Shown piece by piece: positions 15,095 to 21,439 of a DNA stretch of 34,861 bases. The DNA lies in contig PEZL01000005.1 in assembly GCA_002774055.1 (NCBI GenBank), positions 1,101 through 35,961 on the forward strand, read 5' to 3'. The translations under genes and the position numbers were made by a program. Within the stretch, counting starts at the first letter, position 1. Each line of letters opens with the position of its first letter. A model generated the notes under the pieces. It saw only the letters and a program-made list of their open reading frames with translations. It ran no database searches and had not been told where the DNA came from. This stretch comes from Candidatus Tagabacteria bacterium CG09_land_8_20_14_0_10_41_14 (GTDB lineage: Bacteria; Patescibacteriota; Minisyncoccia; JAHISW01; Tagabacteraceae).

Positions 15095-15331
15095 TTATTT
15101 TTTATCAATCTTTTTTAATATTTTTACCAAATCTACTGCTTTTAACCCTTTTCCTTTATTGTCTCTGATTGCGTCAAAAACCGTATATTCCTTATAAACA
15201 GGGGAAATTTCTATAAATTCACCGTCCGTTTTTAAGTGAATTGTGTCTGTTTTAACTTCCTTTCTCCATGAAGCCGGTAAGGTAATTTGTCCTCTTTCAG
15301 TTATTTTTTGTGTTTTTTCTATAAAAGTCAT
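15095..15331 (-). CDS. AbrB/MazE/SpoVT-type antitoxin
   Basis: 78 aa. The N-terminal ITERGQITLPASWRKEV is a swapped-hairpin (SpoVT/AbrB) DNA-binding motif. Positioned first in a two-gene TA arrangement. Confidence 0.6.
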   Translation of the reverse strand: MTFIEKTQKITERGQITLPASWRKEVKTDTIHLKTDGEFIEISPVYKEYTVFDAIRDNKGKGLKAVDLVKILKKIDKK

Positions 15332-15339
15332 ATATTCTT

Positions 15340-15367
15340 ATTATATTATTTTCTTATTTTAAGTCAA
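15340..15367 (-). promoter_or_regulatory. Consensus sigma70-type promoter (TTGACT-16-TATAAT) for the antitoxin-toxin-smpB-ssrA string
   Basis: The plus strand shows ATTATA at 15340..15345 and AGTCAA at 15362..15367. Only 8 nt separate the -10 box from the antitoxin ATG at 15331, implying a leaderless-type mRNA. Confidence 0.6.
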
Positions 15368-15485
15368 GAGGTCAGATACAACTCGTACAAGTATCACATA
15401 ACTTGGCGATCGTCATGGTTGTGTGACAGTTGAAAAAGTTGAAAAAGGAGTCGTTACAAAATATGGGGTGGCCTCATACATTTTA

Positions 15486-15513
15486 TTGACTAATTTTGGC
15501 CGATATATATAAT
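15486..15513 (+). promoter_or_regulatory. Consensus sigma70-type promoter (TTGACT-16-TATAAT) for the secE-nusG-ribosomal-protein operon
   Basis: -35 at 15486..15491 and -10 at 15508..15513. Divergent from the TA promoter. Confidence 0.6.
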
Positions 15514-15625
15514 AGTAAATAAGAGGCCCGGAAGGGCTTTTAAAAATGAGTGCACGAATAGCGCGCTACGAATGCGCTCACACTAATAATTTGTGGTATT
15601 CGTGTTCCATTCGCAGATTAGTGTT

Positions 15626-15811
15626 ATGTTGCAAAGACTGATAAATTATTTGAAGGGAACCAGGGTTGAATTAAGTTACGTCAATTGGCCTACCAAAAAA
15701 CAAACCAGGAATTATACATTGCTGGTTGTTGGTATTTCTCTTTTGGTGGCGGCATTTTTAGGATTTTTTGACCGTCTTTTCACTTTTTTATTACAAACCT
15801 TTATTTTATAA
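15626..15811 (+). CDS. secE: Preprotein translocase subunit SecE
   Basis: The track ORF starts at GTG 15593. The in-frame ATG at 15626 gives a 61-aa protein, MLQRLINYLKGTRVELSYVNWPTKKQTRNYTLLVVGISLLVAAFLGFF, which has the SecE pattern (amphipathic N-terminus, 'V.WP...', one TM helix). Located directly upstream of nusG. Confidence 0.8.
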   Translation: MLQRLINYLKGTRVELSYVNWPTKKQTRNYTLLVVGISLLVAAFLGFFDRLFTFLLQTFIL

Positions 15812-15813
15812 AT

Positions 15814-16374
15814 ATGGCGCAGGAAACCGTTAAAAAAGAAGAAAAACAGAAAGACAGAAATTGGTACGCCGTCCATACTTATTCGGGTTATGAAAACGCC
15901 GTGGTGCGTAATTTAAAACAGCGCATTGAGTCTTTGGGAGTAGAGGATAAAATTTTTAATGTAATAGTGCCCACGGAAAAAAGGATACGCATTAAGGGGG
16001 GCAAGCGCAGGGTGGTTGAGGAAAAACTTTATGCGGGTTATGTGTTGGTGGAAATGATAGTAACGCATGATTCTTGGTACGTGGTGAGGAATACTCCGAG
16101 GGTTACCGGTTTTGTCGGTTCGGGCACCACGCCCACACCGCTGAGAAAAGCGGAGGTGGATAATTTGTTTCAGCGAATGGGGGTAAAAGAGCCGAAATAT
16201 AAACTTGACGTTAGCGTGGGAGAACAGGTAAAAATAACTGATGGGCCGTTTAAGGACTACGAGGGCCGCGTGAGCAGTATTGATGAAGAAAGGGGAAAGA
16301 TTAAAGTTTTGGTGTCTATTTTTGGCCGAGAAACACCTGTGGAGTTGGATTTCTTGCAGGTAAAAAAGATTTAA
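15814..16374 (+). CDS. nusG: Transcription termination/antitermination factor NusG
   Basis: 186 aa with WYAVHTYSGYENAV (NGN domain), AGYVLVEM and the C-terminal KOW segment GEQVKITDGPFKDYEGRVSSID. Confidence 0.92.
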   Translation: MAQETVKKEEKQKDRNWYAVHTYSGYENAVVRNLKQRIESLGVEDKIFNVIVPTEKRIRIKGGKRRVVEEKLYAGYVLVEMIVTHDSWYVVRNTPRVTGFVGSGTTPTPLRKAEVDNLFQRMGVKEPKYKLDVSVGEQVKITDGPFKDYEGRVSSIDEERGKIKVLVSIFGRETPVELDFLQVKKI

Positions 16375-16375
16375 T

Positions 16376-16627
16376 ATGACAAAAACCAATAAGTCATACA
16401 GTAAACGTTTGAAGGTTACCAAAAAAGGTAAAATTGTTCAGCGAAAGCCGGGCATGGGGCATTTTAACGCCAAAGAAAGCAGGAAGAAGCAATTAGTAAA
16501 AAAACGCACCAGACATTTTGGAATTGATAATAAAACCCTGGGGCGGTATATGCCGTATAACATTATGTTTGCGTCATTGGCAATTTGCATCATTGGCATA
16601 AAATTCGCATATTGGCATCATGGTTAG
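16376..16627 (+). CDS. rpmI: 50S ribosomal protein L35 with a hydrophobic C-terminal extension of about 20 residues
   Basis: SYSKRLKVTKKGKIVQRKPGMGHFNAKESRKKQLVKKR is the L35 core. The ORF runs on through a repeat element (IMFASLAICIIGIKFAYWHHG*) to a stop that overlaps the rplT start. Confidence 0.85.
   Translation: MTKTNKSYSKRLKVTKKGKIVQRKPGMGHFNAKESRKKQLVKKRTRHFGIDNKTLGRYMPYNIMFASLAICIIGIKFAYWHHG
16596..16623 (+). repeat. 28-nt exact repeat GCATAAAATTCGCATATTGGCATCATGG (copy 2), containing the rplT start codon
   Basis: Identical to 2572..2599. Preceded by further ATT(G/C)GCA units: gtCATTGGCAatttgcatCATTGGCAtaaaATTCGCAtATTGGCAtcATGG. Confidence 0.95.
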
Positions 16628-16970
16628 AGTTAAAAGAGGAACAACTTCATTAAAGAGAAGAAGAAGTGTTTTGAAACAAACCAAAGGTTTCAAGTGGGGA
16701 AGAAAGTCAAAGGAAAGGGCGGCGAAAGAAGCCCTGCTTCACGCGTATACCCACGCTTTTCGTGATAGAAAAAAAAGGAAGGGTGATTTTAGAAAATTAT
16801 GGCAAATAAGGATTAACGCTGCCTCCAGGGAGAGTGGTTTATCTTATAGTAAATTAATTAACCAATTAAAAAAAGCGGACGTTAAAATTAATAGAAAAAT
16901 ATTAGCAACCTTGGCTGAAAAACAGCCCGAGGTATTTAAAAAGATTGTTGAAGAAGCCCAAAATAAATAA
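16620..16970 (+). CDS. rplT: 50S ribosomal protein L20
   Basis: 116 aa with MVRVKRGTTSLKRRRSVLKQTKGF, AYTHAFRDRKKRKGDFRKLWQIRINAA and LSYSKLINQL. Confidence 0.93.
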   Translation: MVRVKRGTTSLKRRRSVLKQTKGFKWGRKSKERAAKEALLHAYTHAFRDRKKRKGDFRKLWQIRINAASRESGLSYSKLINQLKKADVKINRKILATLAEKQPEVFKKIVEEAQNK

Positions 16971-17457
16971 CGAAATAAGAACCGGTCAAGTAAGAGTCAT
17001 AGATGACGAGAAGGGGAATCTTGGAGTTTTGGATACATCCAAAGCATTGGAAATTGCTAAAGAAAAAGGTCTTGATCTTATAGAAATTTCACCGAATGCC
17101 AAGCCGCCCGTTGTTAAGATAATAGAATTAGGGAAGTATCTTTACCAGGAAAACAAGAAGCAAAAAGAAGCGGCCAAGGGCAGTCAAGAAACAGAAATGA
17201 AATATATAAGGATCCATTTGGGCACATCGGAAAATGATCTTGGGTTAAAGGCGAGAAACGCTTCCGCGTTTTTGAAAAAAGGACATAGGGTAAAAGCGGA
17301 ATTATTCTTAAGGGGCAGGGAAAAATATCTTGCTCGGGAATTTTTAAAAGAGAGATTGGAAAGAGTTTTAAATTTGATATCCGAAGATTACAAGGTTTTA
17401 CAGGATGTTAAAAAAGGGCCGCGCGGTATTTTTGTTATTATAGAAAAAAACAGATAG
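16945..17457 (+). CDS. infC: Translation initiation factor IF-3
   Basis: 170 aa with [42 protein letters not shown] and the C-terminal domain. No in-frame ATG at the N-terminus: TTG at 16945 is preceded by GAGGT, and ATA at 16960 is an alternative. Overlaps the rplT 3' end. Confidence 0.88.
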   Translation: MLKKPKINNEIRTGQVRVIDDEKGNLGVLDTSKALEIAKEKGLDLIEISPNAKPPVVKIIELGKYLYQENKKQKEAAKGSQETEMKYIRIHLGTSENDLGLKARNASAFLKKGHRVKAELFLRGREKYLAREFLKERLERVLNLISEDYKVLQDVKKGPRGIFVIIEKNR

Positions 17458-17480
17458 CGACACTAATACGCGAATTAATT

Positions 17481-17900
17481 ATGAAAAAAGTAAAAACAAT
17501 TTTAAAATTACAGATTTCCGCGGGCAAGGCCAATCCGGCGCCGCCCGTTGGTCCTGCTTTGGGTCAGCACGGAGTTAATATCGGGGATTTCGTAAATAAA
17601 TTCAATGACGCCACGAAAGAAATGGGCAGCGGCATTATTCCCGTGGAGGTCACCATTTACGGAGATCGTAGCTTTGATTTTAAATTAAAAACTCCGCCCG
17701 CCTCTGATTTGCTTCGCAAGGCAGCCGGCGTGGAAAAGGGTTCCAGCGCGCCGCACAGCAAAAAAGTGGGAAAGGTGTCAAGGCAACAAATTAAGGAAAT
17801 TGCCGAGCGAAAAATGGAAGATTTGAACGCGCATGATGTGGAAGCCGCCGAAAAAATTATAGAAGGAACCGCCCGCAGTATGGGTATAGATGTAAAATAG
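17481..17900 (+). CDS. rplK: 50S ribosomal protein L11
   Basis: 139 aa with [39 protein letters not shown] and [12 protein letters not shown]. Confidence 0.95.
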   Translation: MKKVKTILKLQISAGKANPAPPVGPALGQHGVNIGDFVNKFNDATKEMGSGIIPVEVTIYGDRSFDFKLKTPPASDLLRKAAGVEKGSSAPHSKKVGKVSRQQIKEIAERKMEDLNAHDVEAAEKIIEGTARSMGIDVK

Positions 17901-17901
17901 C

Positions 17902-18378
17902 ATGAGGCCAAATTGGGATGATTATTTTTTGTATCATATAGTGCCTGCTGTTGCTCAGCGCGCCACTTGTGACAGGGGCAGGGCCGGCGCCGTTATTATT
18001 CGCGATAACAGAATTTTAGCGACAGGTTATGTGGGTTCTCCTGCCGGGTTTGCCCATTGTGACGAAGTGGGTCATTTGTTGCATAAAGTAATAGATGAAA
18101 ACGGCAAAGAATCCATTCATTGCGTTAGAACTATCCATGCCGAAGAGAATGCCATTCTTCAGGCGGCCATGGATGGTATTCCCTTGAAAGGCGCTACTCT
18201 TTATTGTAAAATGATGCCTTGTTTCAGGTGCGCTATGAAAATTATTCGCGTGGGCATAAAAAGAGTGGTGGTTCAAAAAAGGTATCATGATGATGAGAGA
18301 ACTTTGAAAATGTTTCAACGTGCTGGCGTGGCAGTTGATATCAAAGAAGACGAAACGGAAAAATACGAAAACCAGTAA
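17902..18378 (+). CDS. dCMP deaminase (ComEB/CMP-dCMP deaminase zinc-binding family)
   Basis: 158 aa with WDDYFL..A...A.RATC, HAEENAI (Zn/His-Glu) and PCFRCAMKI (the Cys pair). Confidence 0.88.
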   Translation: MRPNWDDYFLYHIVPAVAQRATCDRGRAGAVIIRDNRILATGYVGSPAGFAHCDEVGHLLHKVIDENGKESIHCVRTIHAEENAILQAAMDGIPLKGATLYCKMMPCFRCAMKIIRVGIKRVVVQKRYHDDERTLKMFQRAGVAVDIKEDETEKYENQ

Positions 18379-18441
18379 AGTGGACATGAAATGCAGTGAA
18401 GAGATATTGGCCAGGCACTTCCAGACCGTGAATCGCGATCT

Positions 18442-18684
18442 TTGTTGGTTTATCCCCCAGTGCGAGATATATGCCTTGCTTACTACATAAAGATTGTTTT
18501 TACGGCTGGCGTTGTTGATGAGTCAATAGAGGCTTATCATGCGAATAAAGAAGTTTGGGTGATTTTTCCCGAGTCTTTTACAAGCCCGTTTTTGAGTTAT
18601 AGGGCTAAGGTTTTTAGAAGCGTGGAAGAATTTTTTGAGTTTTTGAAAAATTGGCAGACCGGAAAGGAAAAAAAAGATGGATAA
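18442..18684 (+). CDS. Hypothetical small protein (paralog of 19095..19385)
   Basis: 80-aa ORF with no ATG start (TTG at 18442/18445 or GTG at 18460). Its C-terminal half KEVWVIFPESFTSPFLSYRAKVFRSVEEFFEFLKN aligns with KNVWVVHLSELNKASPFVKGFKTVPIFKTEESFLKFLEE in the ORF at 19095. The stop overlaps the next ATG (ATGGATAA). Confidence 0.45.
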   Translation: MLVYPPVRDICLAYYIKIVFTAGVVDESIEAYHANKEVWVIFPESFTSPFLSYRAKVFRSVEEFFEFLKNWQTGKEKKDG

Positions 18685-19198
18685 ATTAGTCTGGATTACC
18701 GGCGTGAGTCATTGCGGAGGAAACGAATATTTGAGACATAAATTTTTGCCGCTTTGTGAGAAGCGGAATAAGAAAGTAAAAATTATCTATCCCGGCAAAA
18801 TGATCTTTGATGCGCCCGGTATAAGATTAGATCCTGACAACGTTTTGAACGCGCCGGATGACCATTTAAAAACAAAAATGGAATGGGTCTTTGAGAGAAT
18901 CGCGGAAGAGTTAGAAAAAGGTGCTAATGATTGGGATGCGGTGGTTATCAGAACCCACAGGATGTTTAAGTGGAATAATGTTTATCGTTTGGCGCATGTT
19001 TACGAAAACGTAGCGCGCTTTAATCCTGATTTGATGCTGACTTTTGTTGACGGCGTTGCGCCTATTTTAGAGAGGATGAAAGATTCAAGCCGGTTTGCGT
19101 GTCAGGATGTGCCTGGATTGTTTTGTTCCGCAGGCGAAAAACATTATTGGTTATTATCCGGAGATTGTTCTGCCCACGAGCGAAGGCAAAACTCATGA
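18677..19198 (+). CDS. Hypothetical protein with a degenerate P-loop-like N-terminus
   Basis: 173 aa. KLVWITGVSHCGGNEY has the shape of a Walker-A strand-loop but lacks the GK[ST] residues. I recognise no family. The last 100 nt or so overlap the next ORF in another frame. Confidence 0.5.
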   Translation: MDKLVWITGVSHCGGNEYLRHKFLPLCEKRNKKVKIIYPGKMIFDAPGIRLDPDNVLNAPDDHLKTKMEWVFERIAEELEKGANDWDAVVIRTHRMFKWNNVYRLAHVYENVARFNPDLMLTFVDGVAPILERMKDSSRFACQDVPGLFCSAGEKHYWLLSGDCSAHERRQNS

Positions 19199-19385
19199 AC
19201 TTGGCAAGGCGTTTATATTAACCAAGAATGTGTGGGTGGTGCATCTATCCGAGCTCAATAAAGCTAGTCCTTTTGTGAAGGGTTTTAAGACTGTTCCTAT
19301 TTTTAAAACCGAGGAATCGTTTTTAAAATTTCTTGAAGAAAGAAAGCGCGCCAGAAAAAAGCGTAGTTGGCCCGAAGACGGATAA
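19095..19385 (+). CDS. Hypothetical small protein (paralog of 18442..18684)
   Basis: 96-aa ORF (TTG at 19095, first ATG at 19107). Similar to the 18442 ORF (see that entry). Ends with a basic tail, ERKRARKKRS. Confidence 0.45.
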   Translation: MRVRMCLDCFVPQAKNIIGYYPEIVLPTSEGKTHELGKAFILTKNVWVVHLSELNKASPFVKGFKTVPIFKTEESFLKFLEERKRARKKRSWPEDG

Positions 19386-19392
19386 AAACTCA

Positions 19393-20856
19393 TTAAGGAT
19401 ATTTTAAAACCCCGCAAGAATGCGGGGTTTTAAAATAGGAATTCTTTTTTATAATTTCAATCGTTTCTTCTCCGGATAAATTTTCTTTTTCCAAGAGACT
19501 GGAAACGATGTCATCAAACGCTTTGTTATGCCTTATAATTATCTGTTTGGCCTCTTCATATTTTTTGTTTAAAGTTTCCCGTACTTCTTCATCAATCTCT
19601 CTTGCCGTTTGTTCGCTGCAAACCTTTTGAACTTCGCGGCCTATTCGTTTGCCCAGAAATGGATGTTCGGAAATTTCCTCAATAACCGCCAGGCCGATTT
19701 TTTCGTTCATTCCTAATTCGCAAATCATTTTGCGAATTAGGTTCGTGGCTCTTTTTAAGTCGTTTTGAGCACCGGCACTTTTTTCTTTCAATTTAATTTC
19801 TTCCGCCGCTCTGCCGGCCAGTAAAACAGTAAGTTGATTTAATATATATTTTTCAGAGATACTGTATCTGTCTTCCAGGGGAAGGCTGACCGTTACTCCT
19901 AAAGATTGAGAACGGGGGACGATGGAAATTTTATGCAGTGGGTCGGTATGTTCGGGATCTCTCTGATAAAGTATGGCATTAACCAGCGCGTGTCCGGTTT
20001 CGTGAGTAGCGCTAATTAGTTTGTCGCGTTTACCCACTCTTAAAGTTTTTCTTTCATATCCCATTAATATTACATCTTTAGCTTTTTCAAAATCTTCTAT
20101 TTCTACGGATTTTTTCTTTTTTTTGGCGGCTAGCAACGCGGCTTCATTTGTCAAATTGGCTAAATCTGCCCCGGTAAAACCAATAGTTCCTCTTGCAATT
20201 GTTTTCAAATCTATATTTTTTCCCAAGATAATATTTTGGGTATGGATTTCTAAAATGCGCTCCCTTCCTTTTACGTCAGGCGGTGGAACTAAAATGTTTC
20301 TGTCAAATCTTCCGGGTCTAATTACCGCGCTGTCCAGCATATCCGGCCGGCTGGTAGCGCCAATAACTATTACACTTTGATTAGTTTCCAAACCGTCCAT
20401 TTCTATCAAAAGTTGGTTTAGGGTCTGTTCTCGTTCATCGTGGGTTATGCTGGTTCCTCGGCTTTTGGCCAGCGCCTCAAATTCGTCAATGAATATAATG
20501 GAGGGAGAATTATTATTGGCTTGCTTGAATAGGTTTCTTACCCGGGCTGCACCTACCCCCACAAACATTTCCACAAACTCCGATGCTTCTCCGGCTACTG
20601 CTTTGGCCAAAAGAGTTTTACCGCATCCAGGTGGACCGATAAAAAGTATACCTTTGGGCAGTCTTCCTCCAAGTTTAGAGAATTCTTCGGGATTTTTTAA
20701 AAATTCAATTATTTCCTGTGTGTTTTCTTTGGCTTCTTCTATCCCGGCAATATCGTTGAAAGTAATTTTTGGCCGCTTTTCTATAGATATGTTTTTGTCA
20801 TCGATTTTAGTGAAGTTCTTTCCCGAGAGATTCCTTGCCATTTGGTTTTTACGCAT
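19393..20856 (-). CDS. ftsH: ATP-dependent zinc metalloprotease FtsH (longest uninterrupted ORF; homology continues upstream to 21303 across an in-frame TGA)
   Basis: Walker A [13 protein letters not shown], Walker B IIFIDEF, the second region of homology [15 protein letters not shown] and the protease motif HETGHAL. Upstream, in the same frame: TM2 [16 protein letters not shown], the FtsH extracellular-domain-like IPYSVFLKLLNQKTVEKV, a TGA at 21238..21240, then TM1 MMPENKHLLIVAVLVLLLFWY from the ATG at 21303. Confidence 0.85.
   Translation of the reverse strand: [487 protein letters not shown]
19406..19431. terminator. Bidirectional hairpin terminator between convergent genes
   Basis: AAAACCCCGC-aagaat-GCGGGGTTTT: a 10-bp stem flanked by A/T runs on both sides. 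It lies within the last codons of ftsH ([12 protein letters not shown]) and 21 nt after the stop of the 19095 ORF. Confidence 0.75.
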
Positions 20857-21439
20857 AAAGTAAATTATTACAGATACAATAAAAATCCAAAAAATCCACG
20901 AAGAAATATTTGAACCGCTTTCTTCAAAAGAAAATTCTACGTCTGCTTTTTCTAAATTTTTTATGAGATTTGGGTCTTCCTTGGTAATAACAGCAGTAAA
21001 TATTTTTTCTTGCTTCTTAAATTTGATTGCCAGTTCTTTTTGTTTAATAATTACTTTTTCTACCGTTTTTTGATTCAGTAATTTTAGGAAAACGCTGTAG
21101 GGTATTTTAGCATCGCCTTCTTCCGAATAATACGGACTTAGTTGGCCAAACTCTTGGCCGGCGGGGTATTTTTCTTGTGTTTGTTCTCGGGGCTCTTGAC
21201 CGTAATCATATTTTTTGGAACCGCTTTTTTCCGTATATCAATACCAAAATAGTAAAAGAACTAAAACTGCAACTATTAAAAGATGTTTATTCTCTGGCAT
21301 CATTTTGACTCTCTCTTGGATTGGATTTTCAATTTACTTCTATTTAGAATATTAAACATATGAAGCTAAATATCAAGGGGACTAACTTTGAACTAACTAT
21401 GGGGTTTTTTGTTTGGGTTTTTTGCGATAAGATAAAGTT

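Noticed and set aside
15593-15625. An extended SecE N-terminus starting at GTG 15593, as in the ORF track
   Set aside because: The extra 11 residues (VVFVFHSQISV) lie within the structured leader. An ATG at 15626 gives a SecE of typical short length.
19080-19198. Treating the ORFs at 18677 and 19095 as certainly one frameshifted gene
   Set aside because: I could not find a homopolymer or an obvious slip site in the overlap. The 19095 ORF aligns over most of its length with the stand-alone 18442 ORF. Two separate genes therefore remain plausible, and both options are left open in the findings.
21238-21240. UGA reassignment (genetic code 4 or 25) or selenocysteine as the explanation for the in-frame TGA in ftsH
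   Set aside because: TGA terminates several well-defined genes in this window at their expected ends (ndk, the MBL ORF, the EndoQ-like gene, smpB, ileS). I saw no SECIS-like hairpin immediately downstream of the TGA.
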